64,000 nucleotides of DNA from Oculina patagonica (taxonomy: Eukaryota). The DNA lies in NCBI RefSeq assembly GCF_052425735.1, contig NC_135764.1, forward strand, positions 19,282,001-19,346,000, written 5' to 3'. Position numbers and translations under genes: made by a program. Shown here in pieces: positions 12,401-24,600 of this stretch; position 1 is the first letter of the stretch, and every line of letters begins with the position of its first letter. A model generated the notes under the pieces. It did not search any database. It was not told where the DNA came from and worked only from the letters and a program-made list of their open reading frames with translations.

Positions 12401-12989
12401 TCTGAGAACATTTATTTATCTCTACTCCGATTCAGAGTTTGCTGTTGATGTTTGAGAACGACGAAACTTACTTGAAAATGTGAGTATTTCTGGTTTACTA
12501 TTGAACAGAACTATTATGATTCGACTGAACAATAGGCGATTTCGATAATTGATTTATGATTTGTTTCTGCGTGCTTGGGTTTATAAAATGATCAGTCAGT
12601 TGCCATTCAGCCGTGCTAAGAGATAAATATACGAGTTTATGTCTTGAACGGCTGATTAAGAGTGAGAGCGGCAAATATATATGGACTATGGAAGACTAGA
12701 CGAGGCACATTCGTTGCAACAACGCATATTCAAGCAGTTAATACAGAAAGTAATTTCGTTCAGCGTCAAGTCCAGTCGGCGATTAGAAAATGTATAAAGT
12801 CGACTAGGGGACAGTCGACGTACGTAAGGACACTGAAATACGAATTGACAAAATTTTCCAAAATTATGGTCCACTTCTAGGACAGAAACGAACGAGTAAA
12901 ACTACAGTCTTGTTCAGGCATGTTATCGCGCCTGTCTCCGGCTTCTGTTGGCCCGTGTGGGTTTTTTGACGTAACATGCCTGTTCAAAC

Positions 12990-14130
12990 GGTAGTATCGA
13001 AAACGAAGACCTCGAAAACGAAGACCTAAGACCTAAGACCCAGTCGAAAACTAAGACCCAGTCGAAAACTAAGACCCAGTCGAAAACGGGAGAGTTGAAA
13101 ACACTGACCCCCGATCCGCGGACTACCCACTGACCCCCCACTCCGCGGATCACCTACGGACTACTCCGCGGACTACCCTTACGGAGTACCCCTACGGAGT
13201 ACCCTATAAAATGAAACGAATTTATGTTTACGAGGGAAAGAGACAAGAGAAACTTACCTGTACCACTTGCACGATCGTTCGAAACAGCCGCCATCTTGTT
13301 TACCTCGATCCAGTCCATCTTGTTACAAACTCAAACGGGACTTCATCGGCTAGTACTAAAACCAGGAACGCCGGAATACTAAAACCTGGAACAGATAAAA
13401 TATATCGTGTTACCCTTACAAATATAAAGAGCTAACCGTAAACAGGCTAACCGAAGTTCATAGTAGGCTAACCGATGAATAGTAGGCTAACCGGAGTGAA
13501 TAGCAGGCTAACCACAGTGCATAGTAGGCTTACTATTCACTCCGGTTAGCATACTATTCACCTCGGTTAGCCTACTATAAACTTCGGTTAGCCTACTATT
13601 AATCCGTTAACCTACTATGAACTTCGGTTAGCCTGTTTACGGTTAGCTCTTTATATTTGTAAGTTTTACACGATATATTTTATCTGTTCCGGGTTTTAGT
13701 ATTCCGGCGTTCCGGCGTTCCCGATTTTAGTACTAGCCTAGTCCCGTTAGGACTGGATCGAGGTAAACAAGATGGAGGCTGTTTCGATCGATCGTGCAAG
13801 TGGCACAGGTAGGTTTCTCTTGTCTCTTGCCCCCGTAAACATAAATTCGTTTCATTTTAAAGGGTACTCCGTAGGGGTACTCCGTAAGGGTAGTCCGCGG
13901 AGTAGTCCGTAGGTGATCCGCGGAGTGGGGGGTCAGTGGGTAGTCCGCGGATCGGTGGTCAGTGTTTTCAACTCTCCCGTTTTCGACTGGGTCTTAGTTT
14001 TCGACTGGGTCTTAGTTTTCGACTGGGTCTTAGTTTTCGACTGGGTCTTAGTTTTCGACTGGGTCTTAGTTTTCGACTGGGTCTTAGGTCTTAGGTCTTC
14101 GTTTTCGAGGTCTTCGTTTTCGATACTACC
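12990..14130. mobile_element. Non-autonomous foldback (Mutator-like) DNA transposon; almost fully palindromic, 10-bp TSD
   Basis: Termini GGTAGTATCGAAAACGAAGACC...GGTCTTCGTTTTCGATACTACC. Direct repeat CTGTTCAAAC at 12980-12989 and 14131-14140. Arms of ~540 and ~600 bp meet near 13531. An 18-bp tandem unit occurs 3 times on the left and 6 times on the right. Confidence 0.9.
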
Positions 14131-16207
14131 CTGTTCAAACAGCAAGGATTTTAGTTTGCTTTAAAAAATGTTTGTGGAAGACGAGGCTTTTGTATATCGT
14201 TAGGCAGTATGTTCTACACAGTTGGTGCCGCCTCCGAAAACGAACGGCTCACGTAGCTTTTAAGATTAAATCTAGGCTTGTGAAGAAGATTTTGACTGGG
14301 CTATCTAGTGTCGTAGCTGGGTTGTAGGGCTTGAGCAGATCAACAAATATTACATCATTCTTGTTTTTTTTTGGCTAAAATAGGCAGATTCAAGTTCAGT
14401 TTAAACAAAAAGTTTCCTTGCTTTTTTGCCGATGCATTTTAGCACAAAATCAACTGATGTAGAGAAAAGCGACTTAACGCTGGCAGATTATTTAACACAT
14501 CCAGGCAAGCTTTATATTGAATTCATTTGCTGCATGATTGTTTTCCTTTGTTCTTGCGCCTAAATTATTCAAGTTATCTTGGACCGATCTAAATTAATAC
14601 AATCAAAGAAAAATAATATTTATCGGCCACTGTAAATTTAGGTCTAGACAAGCACAGTTTCTGACTTCAGGTTGATTGTTATTGGACAATAACCTTATAT
14701 CTTAGTTTTATTTGGGAGGCTCCGAAAAGTTTCCTACTTTCATTGACATAATTAAGATTGAAAACTAGTGCAACGAATCATACAGACAAATTTAAATAAC
14801 TATACAATGCTATTACAAGAAAAACATTTAAGGGTGATCATGACATCATAGATGTCACCATGGCAACGGTACAACTCTGTGAAAAGACCCCCCCCCCAAA
14901 AAAAAAAAAAAAAAAAAAATTGGAAATTATCTCGGAACCTAATTCGGTAACTTTTTTTTCTCCCGTTTTAGAAAGCAACGATAACTGATTATCTTTTATC
15001 TTTGACAAAAGACTGATTTGGCACAAGATAATTTTCTCTTAAAACTTTTGTAATAGAAGAGAAACACCGACTTGTTCTTGTATAGAAAAATTCAGGATAG
15101 GTCACCGAGCAAACTTTCGAGAAAAGGGTGATTGTTTTTTTTTAACGTTTTATTTCGGCTTAAGCAGCAGAATCAATGGACAACAGTCGGCATTAGATTT
15201 ATTTTTGTTCATAATATTAGTTGCTTGCGCGGGAAACTTTGCCACCTGCTTTAACCTGTTCTTTTAGTCGCCTCTTCGTTCTTTCTACTTATGCATTTGC
15301 CCACCAATTTTGGACAGCTCAAAATGGCGGCGGCCTGAGATGTATAGTGTTGCAAAATCCTTTGACCAGTGCCCTAGAATTCGCAAAATAAATAAATATA
15401 AGGGTGCTTTCTCGCTCATATTCTTTGTATAGGTAATCGCATAATTCCGAGTGCAATTTGGGATAAATCAGCACGAGTAAATTTTTAAAGAATAACCAAA
15501 TGCAGGCGAGTGAAATTTGATTCTGATTTATCCCAAATTGCACGAGAAAATCACATGATTACTTGTTATTAATACGCATAAAAAATTGTTATTAAAAGTG
15601 GATGACAAACAAGACGTGCTCGGTCACCTACCTTTCCGATTCGTTGTTAAAACATGCATTATCAGGTGCTTTTATCCATAGGCATACGGGCACCTTCGGA
15701 CCTGGGGGCGGAGACCTTGTTGCATGCCCGAAAAAAAAAAAAAATGGCATGGGTTGAAAGCCGAATAAACAGGCAAACGAAATGGACAACAAAACGTGCG
15801 TTAAAATATTTATTATTATTATTATTATAATTGTACAAACCTTGCCTGTTTGCTTAAACGAAACGAAAGTTCTTTAATTAATCTCGTGGCGTTACCAGAA
15901 GATGTCAATGCACTGAATCCTTTTTCTTCGGAAATATTTTATTTACTCACTTATTTTCAATATTTTCTCTGTCTTGTTGCCCGAATTGTTAGCGTTTTGC
16001 CCAAAACATTTAAGCACTGGGTGGGGGCTGCATCCCCCCCCCCCCACTCCGCCTCGTAGCCTATGCTTTTATCCTCATTCAGCTGTATTGGTATGGGCTG
16101 AAATGTGCAACTTCAGTTCATGTTTGTAATGAATTCCTTCTTTAGTCTTCTTTACGGGCTGGCGCGTAAAAAAATCCGTGATTTGGCGCGCGTTCCGACT
16201 TCCCTGT

Positions 16208-16341
16208 CAGTCAATTTAATTTCAACTTTCTGCACTCAATTGCAATTTTTTACACTCAATTTTAACTTTCTCCACTGTTTGGGATTAATTGACATGCTCT
16301 CAGTTAATGAGCTTGCAGAAATTTTTGCAGGTTTATTATTA
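16208..16341 (+). repeat. Interspersed repeat; second copy inverted at ~27367-27490
   Basis: TTTCAACTTTCTGCACTCAATT...GGGATTAATTGAC(A/G)TGCTCTCAG..AATGAGC.TGCAGAAATTTTTG is shared by both loci. Confidence 0.7.
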
Positions 16342-17146
16342 TGCATTGAATTATGCCCCGCCAACGTTAATTCCTGGCGCCACCTCTGTTAGATCAATGC
16401 TATTCGCGATCGTGGATTAAAAAACAACTTGAAACAACAACTTTATGTAGGATAGTAAAGAAATGTAGGTTTGCATTAGGACGTTCTAGTAAAAACGAGA
16501 CGTTTTAATTTTACTAGTCTGTTAGTTTTAAGGCCCGTGTTTGCCAAACACACTAAAAAATATATTCTTTTCACCGCATGCTTTTATAGTGAAATGGCTT
16601 AAACAAAAACGAATTTGTGCTATACTCGTTGAATAAACGAAGTCTGTAGTATTCCAAAAAAATTCTTCACTAATGCCCCCCCCCCCCCCCCCCAAACCAC
16701 CATATGAAAGTTTACCGTCCACTGAATTGAGTAATAGTATGCTTTCTGCAGCACGATCTCCAACAAAGTTACTTTCTGTTTACAAGGTAAACGATTTGTT
16801 TTGTTCTTGCCAAAGGCTTGTATTACGTACAGTAACCATTTTCACGTCGCTTATTAGGTAAAGAGCAAATCACAGCTTGCCGTTTATGAAGCAAGATTTG
16901 GCAAGGCCCAAGTGAAAATTTCGGGACTTACTGGCTTGTTAGTCGCCAAAGTAAGCAAAACATTTCACGTTAACCAGATTTGGATTTCTTGGTGTAGATA
17001 CATCCAGTATATAATTGCGTAAAAAAATGTGATTGTATTGCGCATAAATAGAAAGAACATCACTGCCTTTCAGAAATGATGTACTACATCGTTAGTAAAA
17101 GATGTTTAATTATATAATAACATATATGCAATATATTTTTCCTCAG

Positions 17147-19106
17147 ATGGGAGGTTTGTTCTCAAAGAATAAAAGCCAAAATGGTGACTATTCATCAAAG
17201 GCAGGATTCACCACAAAAACTGAAGTGTGTTCGTCATCTTCTACGTATAGTTATGGCGGCGCGTCACACAGAAGCTATCCAACTAGTAGCTGGAGCTCGA
17301 TGCCATCGCGGTCATCAACGGAGAGTTATTCCTTCAGTGGAAGTAGTTTCGACAACGCAGCATCAAAGGAAAAGTACGGGGTTGTTACTGATTTGAAGTC
17401 AACGTCATCAAGAGGCTTTGATGCGGCAACTGTCAAGTTCAAGTCACATGAAGCTTATGTTGCTCCTACTGTATCTAATAGGTGCAAGTCGACATCGGTC
17501 AATGTTTCTAGTAATGGAGGCTATCCAACTGGTAGCTGGGCCTCAGCATCATCCAGGAGCTCTGTGTCTACAACTAATGTTGAAAGCGTATCAACTAAAA
17601 CTTATCCTACTGGTGGTGACAAAGCTAAACGTTACGTGGCTGACCGTGTCCCTAACTCAGCATCTTACAAAAGATATGATAATCTTGACGTTAAATCAGC
17701 ATCAGTCAAAAGCTATGCTACTGCTGCTAGAGTCGAATCTGCCACTTACAGAGACAAGCCAGTGCCATCCAAACGGCATGCAAATAACAAACGTAGATCG
17801 GCATCAACCACTCGTAATCGTTATCCAGATGATGAAAGCACTAGTAGACGGGTCGCAACTTACGGTGCTAGAGGAGGAGGAAGAGTTATCATTTCTGTAC
17901 CTCTAAACCCATGGCAAGTGCTGGGTCTCCATTCGTCTGGAGTATCTCAGCGGAGCTGTTAAGGAAGCTTTCAAGAAGAAGATAACCCAACCAGTGCGCC
18001 AGAATCGCGCAATGGTATCTATAGCCTATCATATGCTCACGTCATCAGCTGGAAGGTACACCCGAATTCAAGGCAAGGACGAATTTATTGTCAGAAGGCG
18101 TGACCACTTCATGCTTGCAGCGTGTGGCCACACAAAAGAGCTTACCCTTAGGATAGACAAGAAAGGAAATCTTGTTCATGACAGAGACGAGCATGGTCGG
18201 ACACTGTTGTACATCGCAAGCAAGTCAGGTTTCTATGACACTTGCAAGCTACTCCTACAAAAAGGCGCTTCTGTCAATGAAGCGCAAAGAGATGGAAGTA
18301 CTCCTCTTCATGGTGCAGCATATTTCGGTCATGATTTAGTCGTTGGACTACTACTTCAACATGGAGCGAGAAGTGACATCAAAAACAAGTGGGGAAATAC
18401 TGTCCTGGACGAAAGTACCACACCCAAGATGCGGAATCTAATTCAAACTGCATTGGCTGACGATATTTCATCCCTCGCTACATCGCTCAGGGACAAGCAA
18501 CTTGTATTGAGCGTGCGGCTTATTGAGTATCAGGGAGAAGTCATAGCGAAGGAACTTACTCGTGATCCTCGCACCCTTGATGTACACACACGAGCAGAGT
18601 GGAATGGTATGCAAACCTCCTGGGAAACAGCATGGCATGGCACTCGTTATAAATATTTGCAATCAATAATAGAGAAGGGTCTTCTCCCCGCTGGTTCAAG
18701 TGGTATCACGCCGGCAGCAGGCCACTACAGTCTCGGTGAAGTGCATTTTGGCATTGCCAACTGGGCAGCGGCAATTTTCGTCTCTCCAAGCATTCTTTAC
18801 GCGGCACATGTATGCTATTCGGATCGAATCTTCTCTGAATCCCAACAGTGGTGCGTCCTGGTCAAAGTCTACTGTAAACCTGGCACCTATAAGTCATATG
18901 ACCCAACCGTTTTCCAGTACAAGCCGATGGATGGTGAACCTGTCATGCCAGAGTACCGTGTGCCTGTCACCGAAACGGACAAGAATGTCATTATGCGCGT
19001 CGAGTCTACCCGCAGCGTTGTCGTTCGATCCCTGATTTTCGTGCGACTCAGCTTTCTCGAAAATCAAGACATTAACTTTGAGAAAGCAATGACACTCTTG
19101 CGCTAA
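17147..19106 (+). CDS. J-like / ankyrin / ADP-ribosyltransferase-like protein, copy 2 (~650 aa if repaired); +1 frameshift at 17948-17951 (recent pseudogene or assembly error)
   Basis: ORFs 17102-17962 and 17994-19106 join if 1 nt is removed (TCT CAGC GGA GCT GTT AAG versus TCT TAT GGG GCT ATC AAG in copy 1). The C-terminal 370 aa are gap-free colinear with copy 1, roughly 70-75% identical by eye. Acceptor TTTTTCCTCAG precedes ATG 17147 (MGGLFSK). Confidence 0.8.
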
Positions 19107-19639
19107 CCATGAACTTTCACACCTGCTAGATACCTGAAATCGACAGCGTTCGTCATTCCTCCACACAGTTTGCTTGAAGATTTGCTTCAAATTTCGCTGT
19201 TGATACTCATGAGGTTAGCGTGCTTTTGAACGTAATGAGGGATAATGTCCGCTCTTGATTAGATATTTCAAAAGCTATGTTGACTGAACATAGAACATAG
19301 GCACCTGTTGAGACGTCTTTCAATGAACAATGTTTGTTTTAAGTTTAGAGTGCAAAAATGGTAGAGGAATCGTTTGCCACTCCAAAGAACTATTCTGTTA
19401 ACTTTCCTTTTTGTGCACCGGACACAAATTACGTATACTGAACGCATTTGTCTCAAACCCACCGGATTTTTGCGACAGCTTGTTTTTTTTTTTTTTTTTA
19501 TCAGGTCACATCCACGCCACTGCTTTAATTTATGGGCACCATTGGCTACCAATTTAGTATTCTGATCGAATTTAAAATTTTGCTGCATGGCAAAGCACCT
19601 AACTTTATCTGTAAACTTATTATCGTAAACATCGACTAG

Positions 19640-19825
19640 ATATAAACTAGGATCTGATCATAGCCTTTTTCGGGATATCCCACGTAGTAAAATGCTATCC
19701 ACCCTTGGAGACAGCATTCATGGCAGCCGTGCCTAAACTGTACAGCAGTCTCCCATCGAAATAAGTCATCTTGAATTATTATGTTTTTAAATGCAATGTT
19801 AAGAGCTATCTTTTCAGCCTCCTTT
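19640..19825 (+). mobile_element. Decayed 3' end of an L2/CR1-type LINE
   Basis: Translates with breaks to TLGD..FMAAVPKLYSSLP..I...FKCNVKSYLF, resembling the L2 ORF2 C-terminus (GDRAFS.AAPKLWNSLP...FK..LKTYLF). Confidence 0.55.
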
Positions 19826-21665
19826 AAACTTGTATATTAAAGTTTATTTCTTATATTCATCTACCATAATTTGTAAATTTCGTGACATTATCGGATCATC
19901 ACTTGTACTTTTCATCTATGTAAAGTGCATTTGGTTATTATTTATAACATTTGCCAGACATTTGATTAGCATTACTTGTTGTTTATGTGGCGTTTATTTA
20001 AGCTATACTGTTTTTCGTGTAACTTAAAATGTTACTGAAGTTACATAACAGTTCCAAATATATAAGGAATAAAGTTAAAAGACTAAAGAAAAGAAAATTA
20101 AAGAAAAAAAGAAAGAAAGAAAATTAAAAAAAATACTTAGATTTTACTTAGGCCCTTGGCTCTTCGCAGAGCATAGGCCATCAAACAAAGCCTCTCAGAA
20201 ACACTGATCAAAACATGGAGTGATTGCACATTTTTGGACGTAAGTCCCCTCTCCAGCTTTAGGCTCCGTCCTCAGTTATGTTTGGTTTTCATTTGTAACT
20301 TCACCCGCCCGGATATAAGCCCCTCGCCAGTTTTTACGTTCTCTTTGATTAAAGCTCCCCCACTCACCAGAAATAAGCCTCTTTGGTTAAAAGCTTTCTC
20401 AAAATTCTGCGACGTTGTAGAGGACTCAGGCAGCAATTTACGATATCAAGGCGGATGTAGTTTATTAACGCACGTTCAGTTTAAGGTACATGAGTACTAC
20501 ACATTATTACAGGTTCTCACTTCACATGGCAAATAAATACATATACAAAACATAAAATAATTTAAATTCCTGGTAAATATTTACAGTGCGTCAAAATTCG
20601 GCTTTCGTTTTAAATCTTACAAGATTAAACAGTACAGCACCATATACGAACGATTTAACTTTAGAAAAACTACATCTTCGCCTGACTTCAGGAATTCTTG
20701 GAGTGATGCAACTGTCATGCAATGCCTACCAAACAGTCTGATAGCAGGGGCAATAAGAATTTTAAACCCAATTACCGCGTAATTTACAATCAGTTATAAG
20801 TTGAACGTTAAGTAGTATTTTGTTTTTATTGCTGCCTAAGATCTTACTTCGTATTTTTTCAGAATTTTACCCCGCCCTTTCCTGCAAAATAAATGTTTTT
20901 TGTGTGAACATGTGTAAACTATCAGTTGACGATAAGCTGATATTTTTGGAGTGAATCTTCTCACCTGTACATCACACTGTTAATTTTTTGTGGGTGTCTC
21001 TACCTTTTTTCTGACTTTCTACCTGATGATTTATGGTTTGAAATAGGCCTTTCGCCGCTTTCCCATGAGCCCCCGAAAAATTATTTGACTCCGAGAAAAA
21101 GGTGAGTTTTGGAAAAAGTACAAAAAAGAGTTGAGAGAATTTTGTTGCTGACCAGGGTATACTGAGCGCGTTGCTGGGGTGTTCGTGTCACTCACGGCTG
21201 AGTGAAATTGTTTCCAGGTGTAAAATAACAGCAAACAGTTGAAGACATATAAGCACAAATGAAACAAACACGAACGGGATCGTAAAGTGGTTTTCCTCTA
21301 TGGAAAATCTTTTTGACCATTTCAGCTATAACGTGTGGCCTCCTCTGAGTCCTCTCCCAATTAGTTTTGAATAAATTGTGCAAGGATCTGTAAGAATTTG
21401 TCTCTTGATGATCAGCGGTTGAATACATACAAGTTAGTGGTGCCATGCACATGTCACATTTGTGAAAATAACTGCAAATTTTGATTGTGTACTTTCATGA
21501 CTTTCTTGACAACTGCAGTACATCAATATTTAGACCGGTTGCTCCAACACGATCGTTTGATATTCAAGAAAGAAGTGCGACTCCTTATGGAAATTGACTG
21601 AAAATCAAAACGATCAATTTGGAGCAAGTCTCGGATCAGTATTTTTAGCTAAGGTGTAGGTATAT

Positions 21666-24600
21666 TCAAATGACTCTGTCCAGAAAACTAGCAAACGTGT
21701 CCAGTTCATCCCCGGACGCGCTGGAGAAAGGACTGCTAAGTTTGTGAACTTCCACCGCTCCGCTTTCGTACACCAAGACCTGTAGACATGGAAACAAAAA
21801 AATTACCCCGGGAAGGCTAAAGAAGGGTAATGGCAATAATTCAATGCGTTAACCTATTTAGGCTTTGACTTAAATACCCCTCATATGATTCACATAGAGA
21901 ATGAAGGCACTGGCATGCCTGCAAACTCGCTTTCTCGAAGCGAACTGCATGACCACTACAAACAAAATTTACATTATATTACTGCACAACATAGGTACAT
22001 GTATAGATAAAACATTGCGACTTTAAAGGGACAAGGATACAGCAATTTTGGTAATTTGTTATATAAAAACTGTCTAAGGCTGGTTTTCACTCGGCACTTG
22101 CCCAAGCGTAAGCACAGCCGAAAGAAAAAGAACACACTCACTCATTTTTCTTTTGCTGTCCGAACTAGACATAAGCACGAGACAACAAAATTGTTTGTTC
22201 TTGTGTTTATCCTTATGCTTATTACTAGCAAGTACGAATAATAAGAAGAATGAGTGTGTGTCCTTCTTTTGTGCTTATGCTTATATGCTTGTGCTTGTGC
22301 TCAGTAAAAACCAGCCTTTACGATATAATGAATTTAACAGCGTAGAAAAACAGAGAAATTCCAGAAAGTCAAAACGTAAAATCAAAACTGGACAACATTG
22401 AAGAGGATTACAGTGAGTTAAACATCGTTTCTGTCGGCAGTGGACTTAAAAGTTTATATCTGTAACATTTACTAGTTCCCATTTGTTCATATAGTGTTTC
22501 GGTTCTATTTGTCTCAAATCTTGATTGCAACGTGCCGTATGCAGTACTGTAACCCTTGGTAATAGTTATCTTCGGAGACCCAGAGACAGTTTGTCCGGGC
22601 GGGACAAAGGGAAAAATTGTTCTGCTTTGACAAATTGGCCCTAGGTATCGAAGGATGGTGATAATGGATCAACTTGAAAAATAACACAAAGTTTCACTTC
22701 GTTAATAAACGTCGGGCCCCAATTAAACGCCGGCTTTAAATAAACGCCGGGTCCACCAGACCAAGTTTGAAATAAACGCCGGGGACGTTTAATTGAAAAA
22801 AATACGGTTCAAACAACAACAAACAACGTGATCCTAAAACCATACCAGCTCGGGGTTTCTTCCAGGAATTCCAATTCCTGAAGCTGTGTAATCATTAGAA
22901 AGTTTAAAACACACCACTCTGCAAGAAAACAGCGAAAAAAAACCAGTGATTTACCGCCTTGTAGTAAATAACGAATACTGAGATAATCGATCAACGCAAT
23001 ATAAAAACAACTTTCTCGATTTACATTAACTGTAAAAATAAGAGCGCCCCTTACATTAAGTTTTCATGATTTTAGTTCTACAATCTACAAGAATAATACA
23101 TTTCTTCCTAATCTTAACCTTTATGTACGAAATTGGCCGCATTTCCGTTTCTTGTTTTACGATTGAATTAACATGAAGATGATTTTCACCGGTGTTTCAA
23201 AACAGAGAGTTGTATTTAGACTGGATGAATTATCCAGATTTATCGGTCCGTCCAAAGGATAAAACATTTGAGGACGTTCCAGGAAGCAGGTAAAAATTGT
23301 TTACCATCTAGGGGTAACATTCACTTCGTACTGTGACAGATTGCCGAGACAGAAATTATTTCCTACATTTGTTTCCTCGAGGAAATGACATGTGTCGAAG
23401 ATTGATCGCAAGGATTGTTTGATAAGTACTTCGAGTCTGACTGGGTTGTTTGACACCTTCATTTAACTTCGTATTTGGTAGAAGTATGCGTGTTTTTATT
23501 GGCGTTTATTGCTGGACATATTTGGCGAAAGGTAAACAAGTATCGAGTACTCACCGTCCATGTTTAAACTTCTCAACAGCAACTGGACCTTGATCGCTCT
23601 TGAGCAGATCCCTGCGATGAGAATTTCGGCGGTTAGAAAATACAATAATCTGGCATTAAGGCAATTTCTTCTTATAGTTGATTTTTTTTTTCATTTCTTA
23701 CTTAGTCCTCAGGGGACGAAAAAAACAAAAAAGCACTTTGGCGAGAAAGTCACTGAGTAACTTCTCCGGAGTAAAACCCAATTTAAGAATTATATACAAT
23801 GTAGTATAAACCTTACCAGACATGTAGATTAGAATTTGAGTCCAACACATAAAACACACTGGGTTTGCTTCGAGACCACTGCAGTGATAATATCGCACTG
23901 CCGCCCGTGGATGACGACCAGCTGAGCAGCGGTATTTCTAGCAAAACGAAAGTGGGAAAATGGTTACTCAATTAGAGAACGTGCTAAATTTTTCACAAAA
24001 ATTCTTATGTTTAATACTTAAATTCATATCGGTTTGTAAATCACTTACCATTCTTTAAGTTGAACAGCCACAAGTTACCGTCGTCACTTCCTGCCTGATA
24101 AAGAAAAAAAATGCTACATCAAAATTTGTTTTACATAAGCGATAAAAGTCTGATTTCGTTGAACTGATTTTTATGTCAATCGATGCCACCAGATAGTGGA
24201 TTGAAACTGTAGTAGGAAAAACAAGAAGCTGTTCTTTTCAGCCAACTGGGTCCAGTTTAAGTCGATTGTATAAGAACGTTTAGCAAATCCTAAGTTAGCC
24301 AACACATAAAAATAGATAGTAAGAGACTGACGTATGGTTGACAACAACAACAACAACAACAACAACAACACCTTTATTTGCACCCTTTACATTCAATTAA
24401 ATTAACAATACAATAAATAAAATAAATAAAATAAAGTGCATGCCCCCCAAAAAAAACACAAAACAAAAAAAAAAAAAAGTATGGCGGATTGAAAAAAAAA
24501 ACTTAAAATGAGTGGGTTTTTTTTTTTTTTTTTTTTTTTTTAATGGGGAACAAAAGAAAGTAAAAATAAAAAAAATTGCCTCGGCATAGACGAGACGGAG

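Noticed and set aside
13030-14090. 18-bp and 21-bp repeat arrays as a CRISPR array, or the (VLVFDW)n / (KTQSKT)n ORFs as proteins
   Set aside because: The repeats are directly tandem with no unique spacers, there are no cas genes, and the context is eukaryotic. The ORFs are mirror-image read-throughs of the foldback arms.
14853-14867. X-box GTCACCATGGCAAC between the ART genes
   Set aside because: It is far from any supported transcription start and sits in repeat-like sequence.
7881-19106. Annotating the ANK-ART genes as tankyrase
   Set aside because: They have only 3-4 ankyrin repeats, no SAM domain and no tankyrase-type catalytic motifs, and they carry an extra J-like module.
19672-19681. 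Palindromic NF-kB-like site GGGATATCCC near ART copy 2, and ISRE-like GTTTCGTTTC near 12211
   Set aside because: Short motifs like these are expected by chance in 64 kb. The kB-like site lies in a LINE remnant downstream of the gene.
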